Shown in pieces: positions 13,620 to 24,973 of a stretch of DNA of 64,000 bases. The DNA lies in assembly GCA_977017645.1 (NCBI GenBank), contig OZ360225.1:85808001-85872000 (forward strand), read 5' to 3'. The position numbers and the translations under genes are program-made. The number at the start of each line of letters is the position of its first letter. The first letter of the stretch is position 1. Below the pieces are notes generated by a model. That model was given only the letters and a program-made list of their open reading frames with translations. It did not search any database and was not told where the DNA came from. The stretch is from Torpedo marmorata (taxonomy: Eukaryota).

Positions 13620-13900
13620 CAGGAGGATTTGAGAAGCAGAGTTGAGATATCTTGCTCCAATTATATTGGGCATATTTGGAATTTTGTGCACAAGTCATCA
13701 TCTTCTTCCCCAAGAAAGGATATAAATGCAATAAAGGAAGAGCAAGAAAGGTTCATCACTTAATTCCTGAGATGACACATTCATTATATAAGGAGAGATT
13801 AATCAAACACCTTCACTATCTTTAATTTAAAAGAGATTTTACTTTTGAAATATGCAAAATTCTTAATGAGCATGTCAGAATAAATGTTTCACCAGAATTA
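13620..13900 (+). mobile_element. Highly degraded CR1 LINE 3' remnant
   Basis: 'aaaggttcatcacttaattcctgagatg...tataaggagagatt' resembles the CR1 RRFTR...YEERL region. Confidence 0.45.
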
Positions 13901-13919
13901 GGTTGTCTATAATCAACTA

Positions 13920-14690
13920 CTTTTAAGATTCAGCGATAGTTCTTTATCTAACATTAAGAAAGTTTGGGAACATGACTTTCAACAACTGTTTACTGAAGAT
14001 ACATGGGAGTCTGTTTAGAAAAATGTACATTCATCCTCTCTCTGTGCTAGACATTCCTTATTACAATTTAAAGTAGTCCATAGGGCCCACTATTCCAAAG
14101 TTCAATTAGCTAAATTTTACCCTAATAGATTCTCTAAATATGATAAGTGTACAACTCAGGAAGGTACTTTATATCATATGTTTTGGTTATGTCCCTCCCT
14201 TTGTAACTACTGGAAAGAGATATTTAGTGCACTATCTTTAATTCTTGATACAAATCTGTCCCCGAGCCCTTTTATTGCTATTTTTGGAATGAGTGGACCA
14301 ATGGACTTAATTTTGACTCCATCTCAATCCCATGTAGTTGCTTTTGCTTCCCTGATTGCCAGAAGGCTCATTTTGCTGCGGTGGAAAGATGTTGTCCCTC
14401 CCACGCATACACAATGGTTATTGGATTTGATGGCATCCCTCTCTCTAGAGAAAATTAGGTGCTCAACTACTAAAACGAGTATTAAATTTTTTTCTCTTTG
14501 GGGTTCTTTTTTCAATTATTTTCAAAATTTATGGATCAATTATTTTTGCTTGTTATTAAAAATCTTTTTTTTTAATTTTTTTCCCTTTTTCTTCATTTCC
14601 TGAACTATTAGTATTGAAATTAGTAGTTGACGCCTGTCTTAAATACGAATCGCTCATATAATAGGTTGGGGTTAGAAATTAGCGTTTGGA
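13920..14690 (+). mobile_element. L1/Tx1-like LINE 3' remnant
   Basis: LQFKVVHR, HMFWLCPSL, ARRLILLRWK and LEKI motifs of the L1-clade ORF2 C-terminus. Confidence 0.75.
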
Positions 14691-14699
14691 CGGTGGGGG

Positions 14700-14855
14700 G
14701 GAAGCAGCCTGAGCCTCGGCGTGTGGCGGGCAGGAGGACGTGTTGCTGCTGTGAAGGTAAATACACTGAGACAAATTTTTCCTGAAATCTCACGCTGAAA
14801 ATGGCAGGGGGGGGATCATATATGCCAGTGGGTCCTATATGCCGTCAAATACGGT
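14700..14855. mobile_element. Possible Tc2/pogo-type DNA transposon end
   Basis: Ends in 'tatatgccgtcaaatacgg|ta' with a subterminal repeat (tatatgcc x2). The other end was not found. Confidence 0.35.
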
Positions 14856-15167
14856 ATATGTTTTTAGATATTGAGGTGTTACTCCAGGAAAGTAGCACTA
14901 AGATAAAAGATAAGCCTTGCTCTTATTGAATGACAGACCAATATGAATGGGTGGATGACATATTCTTGCTTTATCTTATGCACATAATGAACCCATACTC
15001 GGTGCATTTGTGCATTAATTTCAAATCACTGATACACCTGATTAAGTTTGACTGCCAGTTAAGGTTTATATTTGAATCATGGTTGTTCTTGGAATCCAAC
15101 AATTCTGAACTCTAATGGGTAAGTACTAATGTTAAAGCTGTTCAGTTTCGTTTTATGATATCTAATA

Positions 15168-15949
15168 CAGTATATTTTCCCATATCCGAAGACCGAAAAG
15201 ATCCAAAAACCGAACTTTTTTTAGCGCCGACATAACGTCACAAGTTGAAAAATATTTAGCACCCAACTTGCCCATGTTGGGCTCTGATGCTCTGTTGGTG
15301 CCAGTTTGGTAACAAGAGAGCTCAGAACCAGCCAGGAAGTCAGACGCTGAACGGGCTATCAGTCAGCGACTGGAGGAAGTCGGCGGGTCAGGCAGCGCAT
15401 GGGGAGAAATTAGGTGCAAGGGTCAGCCCTTAAACCAAAGGGCATGTTTACGCTGTGTACAGTTTATTTTTTGCACTACCAATTAGTGGTAATTCTGCCG
15501 CGCCCGCAGGAAAAAGAATCTCAGGGTTGTATGTGATGTCATGTATGTACTCTGACAATAAATCTGAAATCTAAAATCTAAATCTAAAATTAGAACGCCG
15601 ATTGTCCTGTTTCAGGTAACTCCCTCCCCTCTCTCTTTCCATTTCTTCTTTACCCTCCACTGTACTTGGTTTACAAACTGCGTGCCGCTGTCTCCCAGCG
15701 GCAAGCGGTCGGAAGAATCCTTTGTCCCGGCGTCATCAAGGAGAACGGCCTCCTGGGCAGGAGCGGGGACCTCGGGCTCCCGGGCAGGAGCTGGGACCGT
15801 AGTCAGGACCGGCGGCGGTGGGGAGATGTCGGGGACCGGCGATGGCTGATGCTACTGTGCTGTTTTTGGGTTTTGTTCCGATAACCAAAAAAACCCAAAA
15901 ACCGAACAATGTCTGGACCCAAGCGTTTCAGATATGGGGAAATGTACTG
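15168..15949. mobile_element. pogo/Tigger-like MITE (Tigger4/MER46-like) containing a Rex1 3'-tail fragment
   Basis: TIRs CAGTATATTTTCCCATATCCGAA and CAGTACATTTCCCCATATCTGAA; TA on both flanks; related copy in opposite orientation at 48704-49484. Confidence 0.85.
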
Positions 15950-15973
15950 TATCTGATTCAAATCAAAGTAATG

Positions 15974-18371
15974 TTTTTTTTAAATATTTTATTTAAAATT
16001 TTAAATCACAAAATACATAAGGTAAAATATAAAATTATCAAAATACATGTGATATATTTTCACCCTCCCTCCCTCCCACCCCTCCCTAACCCTCCCACCC
16101 TTTCTAATCTATTAAAATAAAAAGAAAGAAAGAGAAAAAAAGAAAAAGATAGAATAAGGAGAATGTCAATCTAAAAAATACATCTATAACTAATTTTATT
16201 ATGGAGTATAGGTTCGCCAGTCAGATCCGATGTCGAGAGATCTTCAAATTCTTAAACCAACAATCTTCATATAAGGGCTCCATATTTTCAAAAAGAAATT
16301 ATATTTATTACGTAAACTATAAGTAATTTTTTCAAGTGGTATACATGAACGAAGTTCTGCATGCCATCTTTCTAATCCTAAATCTACGTCAGATTTCCAA
16401 GTAATAGCAATACATTTCTTAGATACCGCTAAAGCAATTCGCAAAAATTCTATTTGATACAAATTTAATTTCATCTTAATACTAACTCTCTTAATATCTC
16501 CAAACAGAAATATCATAGGGTCCATTGGAAATGTAATTTTTAATACTTTATCTAAAAATTTTTTAACTTTCAACCAAAAATCATAAACATTTGGACAGGA
16601 CCATGTAGAATGTACAAAAGAACCTTCCTCTCTTATTACATCTAAAACATAAGCCTGATAACATCGCGTTAAATTTCTTTAACATTTTAGGTGTTAAATA
16701 TAATTGATGAAAAAAGTTATATTGAACCAATCTATATCTAACATTAATAATCTTCGTCATACTTAGTTTACATAATTCTTTCCAATGATCTTCATCTATT
16801 GTTACATTCAAATCTAATTCCCACTTTAATCTTGATTTATGAATTCTTACTTTAGGAATTTTTCTCTGAAACAATCTATACATTTGAGAAATAAATTTGT
16901 TTACATCTCCGTTAGTAACTAATAATTCTAATTCACTCTGTCTTGGTAAAATCAAACTATAGCCTAATTTCCCAACCAAAAAATGCTCTAATTTGATAAT
17001 AAGCAAAAAGTGTATTATCTAATATATTAAACTTATCTTTCATTCTTTGAAAAGTAATAAATTTACCAGCTTCAAAACAATCATTTATTTTCTTAATTCC
17101 TTTTTGAAACCAAATTTTAAATAATTGATTATTAACAGTAAATGGAATAAGTTCATTTTGATAGAGAGGCATTTTTGGAGAAATTGACCCTTTTCCTCCT
17201 TATTCACTCTATTCCATATTTCTAGCAAATGTTTAAAAATAGGAGAATTCTTCCTTCTTGTTAATATTAATTTAGAATTCCATTTATAAATAACTTCTTC
17301 TTTGGAATCTTCTCCTATATTATTTAATTCTATTCTAATCCAAGCGGAAGACTTAGTTAAATCAAAAAGTTCATTAACAAATTTTAGTTGAGCTGCTTTA
17401 TAATAATTTTGAAAATTAGGAAGTTGTAAACCACCCATTTCATAATTCCAAGTTAATTTCTCTATACCTACTCTAGCCAACTGTCCTTTGCACAAAAACT
17501 TCCTAATAATTAAGTTTAAATCTTTAAAATATTTTTGAGGAATTTCATAAGGAATTGATTGAAAAAGATAATTGAATTCTTGGAAAAACATTCATTTTAA
17601 TACAATTTACCCTTCCCATTAAAGTTATAGGTTCCAACTCTCTAAATCTTTTTTAATTTTCATAAATAATGGTGAATAATTTAATTTATACAAATTAACT
17701 AATTTTGTATCAATCTTTATTCCCAAATATTTAATTCCTTCTTTTGACCATTTAAATTGTGTAATTTCTTTACATTTACTATAATCCCCTTGCGTTAATG
17801 CCATAATTTCACTTTTATCAGAATTAATCTTATAACCAGATATTTCCCCGTATTCTCTCAACAAAGCAGTCAATTGTATTAAAGAAGTAATAAGTTTTGT
17901 CATATATATCAATACATCATCTGCAAATAAACTAATTTTATGCTCTTCCCTCACAACTTTAATACCTACAATCTTAACATCTTGTCTGATTAATTCTGCC
18001 AAAGGTTCTATCGCTAAAGTAAATAATGCTGGTGACAAAGGACATCCTTGTCTAGTTGACCTAGTCAGAGGAAATCTTGAAGAAATTTGTCCATTTGTAA
18101 CCACTTTAGCAGATGGTTCTTTATATATAGTTTTAATCCAGTTAATAAATGTAGTTCCAAAACCAAATTTCCCCAATACCTTAAATAAAAAATTCCACTC
18201 TAATCTATCAAAAGCCTTTTCAGCATCTAATGTTAATACTAATGCTAAATCATCCTTCTTTTTATGCACATTAATTAAACTAATTAATCGATCTATATTA
18301 TCATTTGAATATCTATTTTTAATAAAACCAACTTGATCTACATGGATTAAATCTGGTAAATAATTAGCCAC
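15974..18371 (-). mobile_element. L1/Tx1-like LINE, 5'-truncated (RT and C-terminal domain, frameshifted)
   Basis: LDAEKAFDR, RQGCPLSP, LFADD and CFRC motifs; G-rich 3' UTR with aataaa; same family as 61020-64000. Confidence 0.9.
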
Positions 18372-18618
18372 TCAAAGTAATGTTAAAAAAAACTTTCCTT
18401 GAACCTCTCTGGCAATAAACTATGTTTATAGCTGTCTGCTGCCAAGAAGAGTCTGGCATGAATTTAGTTTTGAAGTGAAATTGATGATGTAAACCCATTC
18501 TTGTGCAAAGGTTTGTCATTTCTCAGAACAATAACTTTGAATGTGCTCTACTTTAAATATGATCCAGTCTGAAAATTGAAACTGGAGCATTGGTGAGCAG
18601 TTAAATTAACTACAGTAT

Positions 18619-21600
18619 TGTAGTGCTGTGTCTGCTGCGTCGAAGGAACACTACTGCACTGAAGGTTAGCTCAAACAGGACTGACTTTATTGAGGTTCTG
18701 GCTCTGCTTATATAGGGCCAGCTCCCAGGAGAGACCCGCCTCTTCCGGCCGAAATGACGTCATGGGCCGGTCGCTGGTTGGTCGGTTTTCCCGCCGGAGC
18801 TGGATCCACTGTAAGGAGCCCATTTAGTCCGTGGCCCAGGTGCGATCGCCGCGTTCGATCACCATTTTGTGTCGCGGGTCGCCGATCGGCCTGCGGGCCG
18901 CTATACGACCCCCCCCAGAACCGGCGATCATGGCAGCATCCCGTGCTTTCGGTGGCCTGCCTCTGCACCGTGGGGCTGGTGTGATGATCGGTTGGCTGGT
19001 GTTGATGTGTGCTGGCTTAAGGCGGTCTATAGTGAATGTCTCTGCCTTGCCCCCGATATCCAGCACACATGTGGACCCGTTGTGCCGTATCACCCTGTAG
19101 GGCCCCTCGTAAGGTCGTTGCAGCGGTGGACGATGTGCTCCTCGTCGCACGAAACGAACCTGCAGTCGAGTAGGCCCCTGGGCATATGTGTCTTTGGATG
19201 ACCGTGCGGTGTGGGCTGTGATGGGGCCAGTGTCCCCAATCGCTCTCGGAGCCTTTCGAGGGTTGCTGCCGGTGTATCGTCCGTCCGTGCCTTTGGGGGT
19301 GGCCAGGAACTCACCGGGGATAACTAGGGGCGAGCCATACACCAATTCCGCTGCCGAGGCGTCAAGGTCCTCTTTGGGCGCGGTCCGGATTCCCAGTAGT
19401 ACCCACGGTAGTTCGTCGGTCCAGTGTGGACCTTTGAGGCGGGCCATCAGTGCTGACTTCAGGTGTCGGTTGATGCGCTCCACCAGTCCGTTGGCCTGTG
19501 GGTGGTAAGCCGTGGTGTGGTGCAGCTGGGTTCCCAATAGGTTGGCCATGGCTGCCCAGAGTCCAGAAGTGAACTGCGCACCTCAGGTGTTCCGGGACAC
19601 CGAATCGAGCCACCCATGTGTCGATGAGGGCTCTGGCACAAGTCCCCATTGAGGTCTCTGCCAGCGGAACCGCTTCCAGCCACCTTGTAAGCCGGTCTAC
19701 CATACTCAATAGGTACCGCACCCCTCTTGATACTGGCAGGGGGCCCACGATGTCTATGTGGACATGGCTGAACCTCCGCTGTGCTGGCTCGAATGTTTGG
19801 GGGGGACGCCTTGACATGCGTCTGTTCTCTAGACGTCTGGCAGTGTGTGCAGGTCCTTGCCCACTGGCTGAATTGTTTTCGGAGACTGTGCCACACAAAC
19901 CTGTTGGCTACCATCTTGACCGTGGTTCTGATAGATGGGTGTGCCAGGTTATGCACCGTGTCGAACACTGGGCATCTCCATGCCGTGGGAACGACGGGGC
20001 GGGGTTTCCCCATTGACATGTCGCAGAGGAGCGTCTTGTTGCCGGGTCCAATTGCGATGTCCTTCAGTGTTAGACCTGTTACCGCCATTTTGTAAGTGGG
20101 AATCTCAGGGTCTTGCAGCTGTGCTCGGGCCAGTTCTGCGAAGTCGACCCCTTGTGACAGTGCCTGTATCGCCTGGATTGTAGGGCGTGATAAAGCGTCA
20201 GCCACCACATTAGTCTTTCCAGCGATATGTTGAATATCCGTGGTAAATTCAGAAATATAGGATAGGTGCCTTTGTTGCCTGGCCAATCATGGGTCCGATA
20301 CTTTGTTGAAAGAGGAAGTCAGTGGTTTGTGATCGGTGAAGATCATGAATTGCCTGCCCTCTAGAAAGTATCGGAAGTGTCGTACCGCCAGGTACAGGGC
20401 TAGCAGTTCGCGGTTGAAAGCACTGTACTTGAGCTCGGGTGCTCGCAGATGCCTACTGAAAAAGGCTAAGGGCTGCCATTGTCCGTTCACTTGTTGCCCA
20501 AGCACACCCGCGACCGCTGTGTTGGAGGCGTCTGTCGTGAGGGCGGTCGGGGCGTCTGTTCGTGGGTGTACCAGAAGCGTGGCGTTGGTCAGGGCGTCTT
20601 TGGCCTTCTGGAACGCTTCCGAAGCCTTATTGTCCCACTCCACCTCTTTCTTTTTGCCAGCCATCAAGGCAAATAACGGGCGCATGATGTGGGCTGCTGC
20701 CAGTATGAAACGGTGGTAAAAGTTGATCATACCGGAGAACTCCTGGAGGCCCTTCACTGTGTGTGGCTTGGTGAAGCGCCTGACAGCCTCTACCTTCTCA
20801 GGTAGTGGTGTCGCCCCGTGTTCGTTAATCCTGTGGCCCAGGAAGTCGATGTCTCTAGCCCGAACTGGCATTTGGCCGGATTCATGGTCAGGCCAAAATC
20901 TCTGAGGCGGGAGCACAGCTGCCGTATGTGCGTCACATGTTCTTTGCGATTGCGGCTGGCCACCAGTATGTCATCGAGGTAGATGAATACGAAATCGAGA
21001 TCCCGGCGCACCCTGTCCATCATCCTCTGGAAAGTTTGAGCGGCGTTTTTTAGGCCGAAGGGCATTCTCAGGAACTCAAACAAACCAAAGTGGGTTATGA
21101 TGGCGGTTTTAGCTCTGTCCTCAGGGTTGACCGGGATCTGGTGGTAGCCTCTGATGAGGTCAACCTTGGAGAAGACCCGTGTCACCTGTAAGTTTGCGGT
21201 GAAATCCTGTATGTGGGGCACGGGGTATTGGTCTGGTGTGGTTGCCACGTTCAGGCGCTGGTAGTCTCCGCACAGTCTCCATCCTCCTGCCGCCTTCGGC
21301 ACCATGTGTAGGGGGGATGCCCAGGGGCTGTCGGACCTGCGCACGATCCCCAGCTCCTCCATCATCATGAACTCTATCTTGGCTAAGCTCAGTTTATCGG
21401 GGGGAAGGCGATATGCCCTGGCGTGGAGGGGAGGGCCCGCCGTGAGGATGTGGTGCTGCACCCCATGTTTAGGCTCGATGGAGGTGAACAGCGGCACCGC
21501 AATGGATGGGAGTTCGGCAAGGATTCGCGCAAACTCGTTGCGGTCGGCGGTGACGGAATGGAGGCGGGGGGCAGGTAACCCGGCTTTTCCCAGGGGGAAG

Positions 21601-22988
21601 GACTGGGAGGTTTTGATGTGGACCAACAAGCAATGTGCCCTGAGGAAATCAGCCCCTAGGAGTGGTCGTTCTACTGCGGCGAGTGTTAAAGACCATGTGA
21701 ACCGGCTGTCGCCGAAACAGAGCGGCACGGTACTCATGCCGAACGTCCTTATTGTGGAGCAGTTTGCTGCTCTCAAAGATGGCCCCGGCCGTTTGTTGTG
21801 GATGTCGTATGCCGAGGGGGGAAGGACGCTGACTTCGGCTCCGGTGTCAACCAAAAACCACTGTCCATACAGGGAATCCCACTTGTGGGGCAGGCTATCT
21901 TGTTGGCCAACCGCCGCAGCCATTAAAGACGGCCGGCCGTGGTGTTTCCCGGGAACGCGCAGAGTGGGCGGCATCGGCGGGCCTCCGCACCCCATCGCTG
22001 GTGGTAGAAACAGCACTGCTCACCCGCGGGGTCCGTTTGCCTGTCGCGTGTGGCCGGCGGCTTTGTCGCTCGCTGTACGTGGGGCTTGGCGACGTGCTCC
22101 ACCACGACGTCAGAGTGCCTCTTCGACTTCCAGAGCACATCTGCCCGGGCTGCCACCTTCCTCGGGTTGCTGAAATCGTCGTCCGCCAGCAACAATCGGA
22201 TATCCTCCGGCAACAGGTCTAAGAAGATCTGCTCGAAGAGCAGGCAAGGTGTATGGCCGTTGGCGAGCCCTAACATTTCACCCATGAGGACGGATGGGGC
22301 CCTGTCCCCCAATCCGTCCATTTGCAACATTCAGGCCGCGCGCTCGCGCTTCGAGAGCCCGAAGGTGCGGGTTAGCAGCTTTTTAATGGCCTCATACTTC
22401 TTGACTTGGTGGGTGCCGGAGGAAATCGACGATTCTGGCTGCTGTGTCCTGATCCAGCAAGCTCACCACGTAGTAGTAGTGCGTGGCATCGGAGGAGATC
22501 TGGCGAATCTCGAACTGAGCCTCGGCTTGCTCGAACCAGACCTGTGACTGTGTTGTCCAGAAGGTCGGAAGCTTCAGGTCGACCGCGTGGATGCTAGCCT
22601 GGTCCATCGTCTTCGGGTCCAAAAATGCCGTTCAGACCCGTCGGGGTCACCAATGTAGCGCTGCAGCCGCTGCGTCGAAGGAACACTACTGCACTCAAGG
22701 TTAGCTCAAACAGGACTGACTTTATTGAGACTCTGGCTCTGCTTATATAGGGCCAGCTCCCAGGAGAGACCCGCCTCTTCCGGCCGAGATGATGTCATGG
22801 GCCGGCCGCTGATTGGCCGGTATTCCCGCCAGTGGGAATGACGTCATGGGCCGGTTGCTGGTTGGTCGGTTTTCCCGCCGGAGCTGGATTCACTGTAAGG
22901 AGGCCATTTAGTCCGTGGCCCTGGTGCGATCGCGTGTTCGATCGCCATTTTGTGTCGCGGCTCGCCAATCGGCCTGCGGGCCGCTACA
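18619..22988 (-). mobile_element. Second CsRn1-lineage Ty3/Gypsy element, full length but decayed
   Basis: LTRs at 18619-18905 and 22654-22988; TSD GTAT; PBS TGGTGACCCCGACG (tRNA-Trp, 22639-22652); gag with CFYHQRWGAEARRCRPLC; pol with VDTGA, YLDD, TDAS, HHCC and GPY in several frames. Confidence 0.93.
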
Positions 22989-23409
22989 GTATTATTATTT
23001 GTGTTCGACTGTTGTTTACACAGAACAGCACAGGAAGAGGCCCTTCCGCCCACCATGTCTGCACCAATTATGATACCAATCTAAAGTAATCTCACCTGCC
23101 TGCACATGGTCCATATTAATTCCATTTGGTATTGGCTAATTGTTTCATTTAAGATTTTGCAATGCCTTGCTGAGAACAAACATAAAACTAATCATATATT
23201 TTAGTGAAGTAGTATGTTGCTGTTATGCGGTTTTGTTTTCATGATGCAAGTCAAACATACAATTCAAACTAACATTAACTCTGGGAAACTGAAATTCCTT
23301 AATTGAAGCCAGCAAATCTCTCATCCCACTAATTAACCACATCCAATAGGAAATCTGAAAAATAATGCATGCTTAATCAGATATTTTCAATTTGTGAATT
23401 GGTTTAGGG

Positions 23410-23722
23410 CAGGGTTTCCCAAACTTTTTCTTTCCACTCACATACCAATTTAAGTAATCTCTATGCCATAAAAAAAGTTTGAAAACCACTGTTTTAATCG
23501 TACCTAATTGACTCGTTATGTGCACGGTTTCATAACTCCAAAGGAAATGATCCAATGACAATTTTTCTCAAGCAAAATATTTCAGTAACAATTGGGTCTA
23601 TAGACCTTTTTTTCCCACTCACATACCACCTTAAGTAATCCCTCACTAATCACAGAGCACCTATGGCATAGGAATTACTTAAAGTGGTATGTGAGTGGAA
23701 AAAAAAAGTGTGGGAATCCCTG
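23410..23722. mobile_element. hAT (Charlie-like) MITE
   Basis: TIRs cagggtttcccaaacttttt... and ...aaaaagtgtgggaatccctg; perfect 8-bp TSD GTTTAGGG (23402-23409 and 23723-23730). Confidence 0.88.
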
Positions 23723-24139
23723 GTTTAGGGTATGAGATGTCAGTGTCGGGAAACAAAATAGTTCACCACTGATCTGTAATCAATCGCATTTGGGAGAGCT
23801 TAGCTTGATTTCAGTGCAAAATTGAAGATTCCTCTGTGATTTCTTGCCAATGTATCTTACTTAATCTTCCAAAATACATCATACATCCATTCCTAGTGTC
23901 ATTTTGCATGGTTTGAGCCAAACTAAAAACATTTTTTGTGGCCTGTGATTATTACATAACTCATTTGAGACCTTGGTGCCATGGAAACACTAGAGATAGC
24001 TGCTTTCTTCATCATGTTCAAATTCTAGATATGAATAAAACAGAATGATAATCTGACAATGGGAAATAGAATAAGACCAGCTACACCTGTGTTCCACCTT
24101 CAAGGTATTTGAAAAATGAGGAAGTAACCACCCCCTGTT

Positions 24140-24690
24140 TGAGAAGGAGAAGCAGAGGAGACGACCCTACGAGATGCTGACCATGGTGGCAGATAAGTGA
24201 GGGGCTCTGCGGCTGAAAAACACATAGGCAGAGGGCTGTTGTTGACTCGGAAGTGAGGAACCCATGCAGGCTGCGAGCTGCTGGTGACTCGCGGTGAAAA
24301 GACTCACCGGGCTGCGGACTGCTGGAGACTGGCTGATGGGCTACCAGGTATTGCAACTGGGATGCGAGAGGGTGCCGAGGCCGGGAGGGGCTCCCGAGGG
24401 CCTTCGGGCGCTGAAGGCTTCCTGATCATGTCATAGGTTTGGACCTAGAGCTCGAGTTGCCGATGAAGGACTGAAGGTTGTGTAGCTACAAGAGGCAACG
24501 GGAGCGCTGGGGGCGTATCCACGGACACTTAGTGACTCTGAAGGGACTTTCTTTTGCTTCTCTTTCTCTGACGGTGAGCAGCTGGGCAATTTCTGCTGAT
24601 GGTAAATCTTTGTCTGCCTTATGGCAGACTAAATGCAATTTTGTGTAATATTACATCTGTTTTATTACATGACAGTAAATGAATCTTGAA
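24140..24690 (+). mobile_element. Probable non-autonomous retroposon with a Rex-like tail
   Basis: GC-rich body ending in 'catgacagtaaatgaatcttgaa', similar to the Rex1 3' ends in this window. Confidence 0.35.
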
Positions 24691-24973
24691 AGTGTCTCAG
24701 ATATTCGTGGGAAGTAGCTGGACCATGGGTGAAAGGATGAAGTTAAAGTGGAAAGAAATAATTTAGGCCAGGTAAGAACCGGCTGAAACAGTCTTGTTTC
24801 TAAATCTTGAACAGATGGTATAAATGGGTTGTGCAAAGCTGGGCATTACAAGGCTGGAAGCTGTGAAGGGAAGGTTTCCTGAGAAATTAAGGACTGTGAT
24901 TGTTTTGGAGGCAGTGGTCTAATGTTCTGCAGTGGAGTCATGGTCCAGGTACGATGATGTCAAAAATACAAAC

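Noticed and set aside
21304-22173. 289-aa plus-strand ORF
   Set aside because: Antisense shadow of GC-rich gag/pol with no recognisable domain.
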